A DNA stretch of 64,000 nucleotides from Escherichia phage vB_vPM_PD112. Every line of letters starts with the position of its first letter. The first letter of the stretch is position 1. The stretch lies in the sequence record NC_054928.1; one strand, given 5' to 3'. The notes under the pieces are model-generated. The model had not been told where the DNA came from. It saw only the letters and a list, made by a program, of their open reading frames with translations, and did no database searches. The position numbers and the translations under genes were made by a program. Of the stretch, positions 49,262-58,350 are shown piece after piece.

Positions 49262-49974
49262 TATAGTACCTTTAGTGTATTTTTAATTTTAGAAAAAAGT
49301 TCTTCAAGAGAACCATCGTTTGTAATTACTAAATCGCCATCACGAATTGGCAATCCAGCTTCTGTAATATGAGTATCATTGGATTTTTGACCAGGACGAA
49401 CTACATGAATTACTGTAGCACCCATCGCCCTAGCCGCATCCATTTCATGATCTTGACGAGTATCAGGAACGATATAATAATCATAACCTGAGTTAAATTT
49501 ATCAAGATAATCTAAAGCAAATAATTTTACCCAATACATGCGGTCGAAGTTATTAACAATCAAATCCGTACCTAGGGCTTGCATCAGACGACGGACTGAC
49601 CATTGATCTTCAATATTATTTATAACGTCAGCAATCTTGTTAAATGCTACGAAATTAACTGCGTCATCAAAAACAAACACACCTTTAATTGGGCTTTTAC
49701 TATTAAGATAGCAAAATGCTTGTTCCATAATCGTAATTACTTCTAATTTAGTCAGATTTAAATTAGTCTCACGATCATAGTCAATTCCTTCAAACTCTTT
49801 ACGAGTTAAACAAGGATAGTCAGTGTTTGCTGCAAATACACCCCATGCATAAGCCAATGCATCCTTAATAGGACCAGCAAGTTGATATTTAACTGCAGAA
49901 TAATTATTCATAATAAAATCTGCAGTAGTATCTTTTCCACTACGCTTTACACCACTTAAAAAGATTAGTTTCAT
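49261..49974 (-). CDS. 1: deoxynucleoside monophosphate kinase
   Basis: 237 aa; P-loop GVKRSGKDT; close to T4 gp1. Confidence 0.9.
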
Positions 49975-50023
49975 ATGTTTCTCCTCAAATTTAGTTAAGA
50001 TTATAACACATGAAACTGAAGCA

Positions 50024-50554
50024 TTAAACTTCTGCTATAATTTTGCCATCTTTTTCTACTTGAAAATACGTATAAGGAATCGTTGCTGTACATACTAAAG
50101 CCGGGTCTGAATCTTCAGTGTAGCTAAATTCTACTTCAGACAGGTCAGAAACCCAAGGCTTATAAAAATTTATTGACATCACGATTTCAGTTTTACTATT
50201 ATCTAAAATGTAAAGCGTAATGTATTCAGGACCTGTTTTTTGGGCAGTATTTTCGCCTGTAAGATAGTTACTAGTTCCTAGCATCCATTCATACATTCCT
50301 ATCCACGACTTAAGTTCTTCATCAACTATAAATCTCACAATGAGTGGGTCGTACTCAAATGTAACACCTGGACGTTGTGCTCGGCCTAGTCCAAACGGCC
50401 CAGTCACGGTATCAGTAACAGGTATTCTAATTCCTGGAATAGGAACTGATTGAGCATTTAAAGTAAAAGCAGATGTAGTATTACTATGTGGTATTGATAC
50501 TACAAAGTTAGTTGTATTTGCTTGGTTAAAAATTTGTTGTAGTGCTTGTGACAT
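50024..50554 (-). CDS. 3: tail completion / sheath stabiliser gp3; ATG at 50554 (MSQALQQIF)
   Basis: 176 aa from the internal ATG behind GAGGAA RBS; T4 gp3 length. Confidence 0.85.
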   Translation of the reverse strand: MSQALQQIFNQANTTNFVVSIPHSNTTSAFTLNAQSVPIPGIRIPVTDTVTGPFGLGRAQRPGVTFEYDPLIVRFIVDEELKSWIGMYEWMLGTSNYLTGENTAQKTGPEYITLYILDNSKTEIVMSINFYKPWVSDLSEVEFSYTEDSDPALVCTATIPYTYFQVEKDGKIIAEV

Positions 50555-50660
50555 ATATTCCTCATAATGCTTTATAAATGTTGGTGGTATAATGGGTCTA
50601 AGTCCCTTCCATTCAATTCCAATTAGAACAAACAATAGAAAAGAATGGAAGATAATAGAA

Positions 50661-51485
50661 TTAGATATTTGACCAGACTTTGTTTGCAGAGAAACGTTTT
50701 CCTTTTGAAACGAACTGCTGAAGTGGCATCAACACAACGTTCGCCCAGTCTTTCGGGGCGATTTCAACAAGGCTACCCATAATATTACCAGGTATATATG
50801 CCTTAATCATTTGGTCTGCACCCCTAAATCCTTTCACTTGACTCCAATCAATTTTTAATTTTGTTTTATTAGTAATAGTAGGTGTATTTGAATATTGCTT
50901 TAAAAGCTCTTCTAGGAATTGCTGACGAGCTTTAGGTGGAATATAGTGCAAGTTTAATCCATACATTAAATTGTGTTTACCTAAACCGAGGTAAATTATC
51001 AAAGGAAATTTATCCCAGTAAGGAAGAGTTTCCTTGTGTTTAGCATCATAAGCAAAAGCATATATTCGTCCCGGCTGCGGGCGAACAACTTTATGTCCTT
51101 TTACCTGCTTAATAGTTTCAGCAAACCACTTTCTGGTTTTATTATTAATTGCTGCGCCTTCATTACGAATTTTATCACGCAATGTTTGTCTGAATGAATT
51201 TATCATAAGCAGTTGTCTTTCTTGCTTATTGAGTTTATTCATTGGTTTTGATTCAAGCTTTTGAATCTTTTCGGCTGTTTTAATTCCTGAAGCATATTTT
51301 GACATTGCCGAAGTAAACGTAGAGTATTTGATTCCTCTTTCTTCAGCAAATTGCTTTCCTGTCATTCCTTTTGCTTTGGCCTTTTTGTATTCAAGACCTA
51401 TCTGAATCCATTTCTTTTCGTTTAATGATTGCTTAACCTTTGGAACTTGGGGAGTGCTTTCATTAATTATTTGAAAAATAGCCAT
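50661..51485 (-). CDS. 2: DNA end protector gp2
   Basis: 274 aa, T4 gp2 length and synteny. Confidence 0.85.
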   Translation of the reverse strand: MAIFQIINESTPQVPKVKQSLNEKKWIQIGLEYKKAKAKGMTGKQFAEERGIKYSTFTSAMSKYASGIKTAEKIQKLESKPMNKLNKQERQLLMINSFRQTLRDKIRNEGAAINNKTRKWFAETIKQVKGHKVVRPQPGRIYAFAYDAKHKETLPYWDKFPLIIYLGLGKHNLMYGLNLHYIPPKARQQFLEELLKQYSNTPTITNKTKLKIDWSQVKGFRGADQMIKAYIPGNIMGSLVEIAPKDWANVVLMPLQQFVSKGKRFSANKVWSNI

Positions 51486-51937
51486 TATGCCCCCTTAAAG
51501 CCAAGAGCTCGTAATCCATCTTCTGTTAAAATTCTAAATTTTATTCCACGCTTTTCAGCTAAAGCTTGCGCTGCTTTCCATTTGTCAGTATTAACAGAAT
51601 ATGTATAAATTTCATTCATAAATCTTTTCTTCGCTGCAGTTGTTAGATGTGCCGGTTTAACTGGTGGTTGTGTTTCTTTTTTAGGTTTTATTTCAATAAA
51701 AAATTCTTGTCCAGAAGAATCTTTCATCCAAATATCCATGAAGTATCTACGTTTTTTCCCTTCTGCATTACAAAAATAAGGAATTACTGCTGTTTCACTA
51801 CCCCATGCAATAATTTCTGGATTTTTATCTAACCATTCAAAAAAGAATTTTTCCCAATTTGATCTATACGTAATTTTTTTAGGGTCACCTCTATATTTTG
51901 ATATATTTTTAGGAACCCATTTTCCAGAATATGCCAT
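51485..51937 (-). CDS. 4: head completion protein gp4
   Basis: 150 aa, T4 gp4 length and synteny. Confidence 0.85.
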   Translation of the reverse strand: MAYSGKWVPKNISKYRGDPKKITYRSNWEKFFFEWLDKNPEIIAWGSETAVIPYFCNAEGKKRRYFMDIWMKDSSGQEFFIEIKPKKETQPPVKPAHLTTAAKKRFMNEIYTYSVNTDKWKAAQALAEKRGIKFRILTEDGLRALGFKGA

Positions 51938-51948
51938 TGGATTCTCCT

Positions 51949-51956
51949 TATAAATA
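51949..51956 (+). promoter_or_regulatory. late promoter TATAAATA for gene 53
   Basis: Exact TATAAATA about 30 bp upstream of the gene 53 ATG. Confidence 0.6.
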
Positions 51957-51963
51957 GATAATA

Positions 51964-51971
51964 TATTTATA
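51964..51971 (-). promoter_or_regulatory. late promoter TATAAATA on minus strand for gene 4 (divergent pair)
   Basis: Plus-strand tatttata is the reverse complement of TATAAATA, upstream of gene 4. Confidence 0.45.
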
Positions 51972-51984
51972 AACAGGAGGGCCC

Positions 51985-52575
51985 ATGCTCTTTACATTTT
52001 TTGATCCGATTGAATATGCGGCCAAAACGGTGAATAAAAACGCGCCGACTATTCCTATGACAGATATTTTTAGAAACTATAAAGACTATTTTAAACGCGC
52101 TCTTGCGGGATATCGCTTACGTACTTATTATATCAAAGGTTCACCACGCCCGGAAGAATTAGCAAATACTATATATGGAAATCCGCAGTTGTATTGGGTT
52201 TTATTGATGTGTAATGATAATTATGATCCGTATTATGGATGGATTACTTCGCAAGAAGCTGCTTATCAAGCATCTATACAAAAATACAAAAACGTAGGTG
52301 GAGACCAAATAGTATATCATGTGAATGAGAATGGTGAAAAATTTTATAATTTAATATCATACGATGATAATCCATATGTTTGGTATGACAAAGGCGATAA
52401 AGCTAGAAAATATCCTCAATATGAAGGAGCACTTGCTGCGGTCGATACGTATGAAGCTGCTGTTCTTGAAAATGAAAAACTTCGTCAAATAAAAATAATA
52501 GCAAAATCAGACATCAATTCATTTATGAACGACCTTATACGTATAATGGAGAAATCTTATGGAAATGATAAGTAA
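51985..52575 (+). CDS. 53: baseplate wedge protein gp53
   Basis: 196 aa, T4 gp53 length. Confidence 0.9.
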   Translation: MLFTFFDPIEYAAKTVNKNAPTIPMTDIFRNYKDYFKRALAGYRLRTYYIKGSPRPEELANTIYGNPQLYWVLLMCNDNYDPYYGWITSQEAAYQASIQKYKNVGGDQIVYHVNENGEKFYNLISYDDNPYVWYDKGDKARKYPQYEGALAAVDTYEAAVLENEKLRQIKIIAKSDINSFMNDLIRIMEKSYGNDK

Positions 52576-54331
52576 TAACCTTAATTGGTTTGTTGGTGTT
52601 GTTGAAGATAGAATGGACCCATTAAAATTAGGTCGTGTTCGTGTTCGTGTGGTTGGTCTGCATCCACCTCAAAGAGCGCAAGGCGATGTAATGGGTATTC
52701 CAACCGATAAATTACCATGGATGTCAGTTATTCAACCTATAACTTCTGCAGCAATGTCTGGAATTGGAGGTTCTGTTACAGGACCAGTAGAAGGAACTAG
52801 AGTTTATGGTCATTTTTTAGACAAATGGAAAACTAACGGAATTGTCCTTGGCACGTATGGTGGGATAGTTCGCGAAAAACCTAATAGACTTGAAGGATTT
52901 TCTGACCCAACTGGGCAGTATCCTAGACGTCTAGGAAATGATACTAACGTATTAAACCAAGGCGGAGAAGTAGGATATGATTCGTCTTCTAATATTATCC
53001 AAGATAGCAATCTAGACACTGCGATAAATCCTGATGATAGACCATTATCAGAAATTCCAACTGATGATAATCCAAATATGTCAATGGCTGAAATGCTTCG
53101 CCGTGATGAAGGATTAAGACTAAAAGTTTATTGGGATACAGAAGGATATCCGACAATTGGTATTGGTCATCTTATCATGAAGCAGCCAGTTCGTGATATG
53201 GCCCAAATTAATAAAGTTTTATCAAAACAAGTTGGTCGTGAAATTACCGGAAATCCAGGTTCTATTACAATGGAAGAAGCGGTAACTTTATTTGAACGTG
53301 ATTTAGCTGATATGCAACGTGACATTAAATCACATTCTAAAGTTGGCCCAGTTTGGAAAGCAGTTAATCGTTCTCGTCAAATGGCATTAGAAAATATGGC
53401 ATTTCAGATGGGTGTTGGCGGTGTAGCTAAATTTAACACAATGTTAACTGCTATGTTAGCCGGAGATTGGGAAAAAGCATATAAAGCCGGTCGTGATTCA
53501 TTGTGGTATCAACAAACAAAAGGCCGTGCATCCCGTGTTACCATGATTATTCTTACAGGCAATTTGGAATCATACGGTATTGAAGTGAAAACGCCAGCTA
53601 GGTCTTTGTCTGCAATGGCTGCTACTGTAGCAAAGTCTTCTGACCCGGCTGACCCTCCTATTCCGAATGATTCGAGAATTTTATTCAAAGAACCTGTTTC
53701 TTCATATAAAGGTGAGTATCCGTATGTTCACACAATGGAAACTGAAAGCGGTCATATTCAGGAATTTGACGATACCCCGGGACAAGAACGATACAGATTA
53801 GTTCATCCGACTGGAACATATGAGGAAGTATCACCGTCAGGAAGAAGAACAAGAAAAACTGTTGATAATTTGTATGATATAACAAATGCTGATGGTAATT
53901 TTTTGGTAGCCGGTGATAAAAAGACTAACGTCGGTGGATCAGAAATTTATTACAACATGGATAATCGTCTCCACCAAATAGATGGAAGCAATACAATATT
54001 TGTGCGTGGCGACGAAACGAAAACTGTTGAAGGTAATGGAACTATCCTAGTTAAAGGTAATGTTAAAGTAGTTATTCAAGGAACAGCAGATATAACTGTT
54101 GAACAGGAAGCATACATAACTGTTGAAAAAGACACGACTGTTAATGTTAACCAAAACGCAGACATAAGTGTTAAAAATAAAGCAACTGTTAATGCTGAAA
54201 ATATGGATGTCAACGTTGAGCAAGATTTAAATTTTTCAGCGACAAATATTAATTTAAGTGCATCTAATACTGTTCATATGGATGGCGGGGTTCTTTCTAA
54301 AGTATCAGGTGGAAACGTACAGGTTGGTTAA
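52559..54331 (+). CDS. 5: baseplate hub / tail lysozyme gp5 with divergent C-terminal beta-helix
   Basis: N-terminal OB and lysozyme domains match T4 gp5; 590 aa versus 575 in T4 and a different C-terminal sequence. Confidence 0.9.
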   Translation: MEMISNNLNWFVGVVEDRMDPLKLGRVRVRVVGLHPPQRAQGDVMGIPTDKLPWMSVIQPITSAAMSGIGGSVTGPVEGTRVYGHFLDKWKTNGIVLGTYGGIVREKPNRLEGFSDPTGQYPRRLGNDTNVLNQGGEVGYDSSSNIIQDSNLDTAINPDDRPLSEIPTDDNPNMSMAEMLRRDEGLRLKVYWDTEGYPTIGIGHLIMKQPVRDMAQINKVLSKQVGREITGNPGSITMEEAVTLFERDLADMQRDIKSHSKVGPVWKAVNRSRQMALENMAFQMGVGGVAKFNTMLTAMLAGDWEKAYKAGRDSLWYQQTKGRASRVTMIILTGNLESYGIEVKTPARSLSAMAATVAKSSDPADPPIPNDSRILFKEPVSSYKGEYPYVHTMETESGHIQEFDDTPGQERYRLVHPTGTYEEVSPSGRRTRKTVDNLYDITNADGNFLVAGDKKTNVGGSEIYYNMDNRLHQIDGSNTIFVRGDETKTVEGNGTILVKGNVKVVIQGTADITVEQEAYITVEKDTTVNVNQNADISVKNKATVNAENMDVNVEQDLNFSATNINLSASNTVHMDGGVLSKVSGGNVQVG

Positions 54332-54332
54332 T

Positions 54333-56369
54333 ATGAATTATAACGAAATTGTTGATGAATTAGTTGATACCATACAATCAGCTTGTTCAATTATTCCCGA
54401 AGGTTATTATAGACGAGTTAAATGGGAATTATACAATCCCAATAAAGAAATGATTCAACCCGATAATGGGGTTGAATGGGACACTGAAATTATTAAATTA
54501 GATACCCATCTTTACACCGAAAATCCATTTGGTCATTCTTCTGATACATTTACTGAATCATCTGATGGAGAAACCCAAACTGGTGTTTTTTGTCATAAAA
54601 TCGGCGTGTATTTTCCAACTCAAACTGCGTTAGAAGATTACGTTGAACAAATTGGTGCAACTTTACTTCCAGGTAATACTTGGTATGGTGCTGATTTATC
54701 GAAACGTGAATTTTTTAAAACTGAAATTGAATATGATATGTATCGCATTGAAAATCGCGGAGGTACATGGCATCATACGGGTCCTAGAATAGATGCTAGG
54801 ACAATGATCGGTGTTAACAATGACTATACAATGTATGTTAACTTTAACGGTTTAGGAGATTATAGAAGAGCATATTTAAAATATTATGAAGATAAACCAT
54901 GCACATATGTCGGTTTAACACTAAATTTAAATATAGATACATCAATTCCCGGTATTCCTTATTCACCTCCATCAATTATTGGAGAGCTTCCACTTAATGC
55001 AATTTCATGCGTTAATTTTACTGCCCAATTTCCATACAATGGCTTAACATCTGCAATTATTGAGGCTTGGAACACCTCAAGAGATTCATTTAAACTATAT
55101 TGGGATATGTTGCCTGGTATGCCGGCAATTAGCGGAAGTGATTTTGAAAAATATTTTAATTCGGCATATACACATTTATCTGTAGCAATGGAAGAGCTTG
55201 GAAATTCGGCAATTGCCATGTGTCAATATGTTCAGCAACAAGCCTTTATGGTTTTTAAAAATTCTGTTTCACAAGTTCTAAATATTGTCGGTGGCGGATG
55301 GGATTTATTAAAAAGTTTTTTACCTAAAATAACAATAATGGGCATATCTATTGATATTGAAGATTTATGTACATCAACAGATGGTGTTCAAAAATTGAAG
55401 GAAACCTTTGAAAATTTTAATCTGGAAGATACTATTAGTTCAATTTATTCTGCAATGGGTTCTGCATATGACTATTCTATAGAACGCGTTAAAATGTATT
55501 CGCGGGATTTAGTTGATGCAATAACAGATTTATATGATTGGGCCTGGTCAAAATTAATGATGGCCGGTGTCGCTTTATCAAAATTATGTGTTGATTTAGC
55601 ACAAATCTGGAGCATGCCACCAATTATTCCAAATCCAGTGTGGTCTGTTATCACTTTAGTGAAGGAAATGATGAAACAAATTCCTCCATTAGATATGATT
55701 ATGTCAGGTAATTTTCCTGGATTTACTGCTTCTGATGTATATCAGATGGTTATGTCTATCGTATCTGAAAAAATTAAACAAGTTTATACTAAAATAGAAT
55801 CATTAAAAACCCAAGCATTGGATGTATGGAATGAAATTAAACTAAAAACACAGGAATATAAAAAGCAAACGATTGAATTTAAACAATATTTATCAGGAAT
55901 GGCTGAAAAGGTTGAAGATGAAATAACTATAGCAAAAAAGAAAGCGTTACAAGAAGCTGAATCCGCTTTAAATGTTTTAAAGGATAAATATAACAGTATT
56001 AAAGACTTGATAAAAAATAAACAGATTTCTGTGTCTGATGTATTAGATTTAGCTTTGACTGAATTTCGAAAAATTCCATTAATTTCACAAATGGAATCAT
56101 TATTATCTTTAGCTGGAGCATCTATCGATGATATAATGAAAGTATATGAAAATAGCGTTACTAAAGCAAAATCATTATATCACGAATTCACCGATGGCGC
56201 TCGGTCAATGAAAGATCTATGCAAATCATTATACAATCAAATTTCGACTTTATGTTTGAGTAAGGTTGTGCAATGGATTAATAAAATGCTTGGAATATTT
56301 GGATTAAGTATTACATTTCCAACAGTATCAATATGCATTCCATGCTTAAAAACTCCTATGAGGAATTAA
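54333..56369 (+). CDS. unassigned large late-strand protein (678 aa) between genes 5 and 6
   Basis: ATG 2 nt after gp5 stop; stop 1 nt before gene 6 ATG; internal hydrophobic segments and a Lys/Glu-rich coiled-coil; no match to any T4 baseplate protein I know. Confidence 0.6.
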   Translation: MNYNEIVDELVDTIQSACSIIPEGYYRRVKWELYNPNKEMIQPDNGVEWDTEIIKLDTHLYTENPFGHSSDTFTESSDGETQTGVFCHKIGVYFPTQTALEDYVEQIGATLLPGNTWYGADLSKREFFKTEIEYDMYRIENRGGTWHHTGPRIDARTMIGVNNDYTMYVNFNGLGDYRRAYLKYYEDKPCTYVGLTLNLNIDTSIPGIPYSPPSIIGELPLNAISCVNFTAQFPYNGLTSAIIEAWNTSRDSFKLYWDMLPGMPAISGSDFEKYFNSAYTHLSVAMEELGNSAIAMCQYVQQQAFMVFKNSVSQVLNIVGGGWDLLKSFLPKITIMGISIDIEDLCTSTDGVQKLKETFENFNLEDTISSIYSAMGSAYDYSIERVKMYSRDLVDAITDLYDWAWSKLMMAGVALSKLCVDLAQIWSMPPIIPNPVWSVITLVKEMMKQIPPLDMIMSGNFPGFTASDVYQMVMSIVSEKIKQVYTKIESLKTQALDVWNEIKLKTQEYKKQTIEFKQYLSGMAEKVEDEITIAKKKALQEAESALNVLKDKYNSIKDLIKNKQISVSDVLDLALTEFRKIPLISQMESLLSLAGASIDDIMKVYENSVTKAKSLYHEFTDGARSMKDLCKSLYNQISTLCLSKVVQWINKMLGIFGLSITFPTVSICIPCLKTPMRN

Positions 56370-56370
56370 A

Positions 56371-58350
56371 ATGACAACTCCTGTAAATTATCAATTAACA
56401 AGAACAGCAAATGCTATTCCCGAGATATTCGTCGGGGGTACATTTGCTGAAATAAAACAAAACCTCATTGAATGGCTTAATGGCCAAAATGAATTTTTGG
56501 ATTATGATTTTGAAGGCTCAAGATTAAACGTTCTGTGTGACCTTTTAGCTTATAATACATTATACATTCAGCAGTTTGGTAATGCTGCCGTATATGAAAG
56601 CTTTATGCGTACTGCTAATTTGCGTAGTTCAGTAGTTCAAGCTGCACAAGATAATGGATATTTACCTACTTCAAAATCAGCTGCTCAAACTGAAATTATG
56701 CTAACTTGCACAGACGCATTGAATAGAAATTACATTACTATTCCTCGCGGTACTCGCTTTTTAGCATATGCAAAAGATACTTCCGTTAATCCTTATAACT
56801 TTGTATCTACCGAAGATGTTATTGCTATTCGCGATAAAAATAACCAATATTTTCCGCGTTTAAAATTAGCCCAGGGACGTATAGTAAGAACTGAAATCAT
56901 TTATGATAAATTAACACCTATTATCATTTATGACAAAAATATAGATAGAAACCAAGTTAAGCTGTATGTTGATGGAGCAGAATGGATTAACTGGACAAGA
57001 AAGTCAATGGTTCATGCTGGTTCTACATCAACAATTTACTACATGCGTGAAACTATTGATGGAAATACTGAATTTTATTTTGGTGAAGGTGAGATTTCCG
57101 TTAATGCGGCAGAAGGAGCATTGACCGCTAATTATATTGGAGGTCTTAAGCCTACCCAGAACTCTACGATTGTTATTGAGTACATCAGTACTAACGGCGC
57201 GGATGCGAATGGCGCAGTCGGATTTTCATACGCAGATACATTAACAAATATAACTGTCATCAATATTAATGAAAATCCAAACGATGACCCAGATTTTGTT
57301 GGGGCAGATGGCGGCGGTGATCCAGAAGATATTGAGCGTATTCGCGAATTGGGTACTATTAAACGTGAAACCCAGCAACGATGCGTAACTGCGACTGACT
57401 ATGATACATTCGTTTCAGAGAGATTTGGTTCTATTATTCAAGCAGTTCAGACTTTCACTGATTCTACTAAACCTGGTTATGCATTTATTGCTGCTAAACC
57501 TAAATCAGGTCTGTATTTAACTACTGTACAGCGTGAAGATATTAAAAATTATCTCAAAGACTATAATTTAGCTCCTATTACACCATCAATTATTTCTCCT
57601 AATTACCTTTTTATTAAGACTAATTTAAAAGTCACATATGCTTTAAATAAGCTGCAAGAATCCGAACAGTGGCTCGAAGGTCAAATAATTGATAAAATTG
57701 ATCGTTATTATACCGAAGATGTAGAAATTTTTAATTCATCTTTCGCTAAATCTAAGATGTTGACATATGTAGATGATGCAGATCATTCTATCATTGGCTC
57801 ATCCGCGACAATTCAAATGGTACGTGAAGTACAAAACTTCTATAAAACGCCTGAAGCGGGTATTAAATACAATAATCAAATAAAAGATCGTTCTATGGAA
57901 TCTAATACGTTTTCATTTAATTCCGGACGAAAGGTTGTAAATCCTGATACTGGCTTAGAAGAAGATGTATTATATGACGTTCGTATAGTATCAACAGACC
58001 GAGATTCTAAAGGAATTGGTAAAGTTATTATTGGTCCATTTGCTTCTGGCGATGTTACAGAAAATGAAAACATTCAGCCGTATACAGGCAACGATTTTAA
58101 CAAATTAGCAAATTCTGATGGACGCGACAAATACTATGTTATCGGTGAAATAAATTATCCAGCTGATGTTATTTACTGGAATATCGCTAAAATTAATTTA
58201 ACATCTGAAAAATTTGAAGTTCAGACTATTGAATTATATTCTGACCCAACCGATGATGTTATCTTTACTCGCGATGGTTCACTGATTGTATTTGAAAATG
58301 ACTTACGTCCACAATACTTAACTATCGATTTGGAGCCTATATCACAATGA
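56371..58350 (+). CDS. 6: baseplate wedge protein gp6
   Basis: 659 aa (T4 gp6 is 660), synteny. Confidence 0.9.
   Translation: MTTPVNYQLTRTANAIPEIFVGGTFAEIKQNLIEWLNGQNEFLDYDFEGSRLNVLCDLLAYNTLYIQQFGNAAVYESFMRTANLRSSVVQAAQDNGYLPTSKSAAQTEIMLTCTDALNRNYITIPRGTRFLAYAKDTSVNPYNFVSTEDVIAIRDKNNQYFPRLKLAQGRIVRTEIIYDKLTPIIIYDKNIDRNQVKLYVDGAEWINWTRKSMVHAGSTSTIYYMRETIDGNTEFYFGEGEISVNAAEGALTANYIGGLKPTQNSTIVIEYISTNGADANGAVGFSYADTLTNITVININENPNDDPDFVGADGGGDPEDIERIRELGTIKRETQQRCVTATDYDTFVSERFGSIIQAVQTFTDSTKPGYAFIAAKPKSGLYLTTVQREDIKNYLKDYNLAPITPSIISPNYLFIKTNLKVTYALNKLQESEQWLEGQIIDKIDRYYTEDVEIFNSSFAKSKMLTYVDDADHSIIGSSATIQMVREVQNFYKTPEAGIKYNNQIKDRSMESNTFSFNSGRKVVNPDTGLEEDVLYDVRIVSTDRDSKGIGKVIIGPFASGDVTENENIQPYTGNDFNKLANSDGRDKYYVIGEINYPADVIYWNIAKINLTSEKFEVQTIELYSDPTDDVIFTRDGSLIVFENDLRPQYLTIDLEPISQ

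Noticed and set aside
54258-54332. N-terminal extension of the large ORF (track version starts at 54258)
   Set aside because: That stretch overlaps the gp5 C-terminus in another frame; the ATG at 54333 directly follows the gp5 stop, so the gene is called 54333..56369.
52810-55654. Minus-strand ORFs inside genes 5 and the 678-aa ORF (52810..53019, 53685..53885, 54959..55219, 55472..55654), considered as possible repEA/repEB-like early genes
   Set aside because: Short, no recognisable promoter or RBS seen, no sequence I can match; not reported as features, though antisense early transcription in this region is known for T4.
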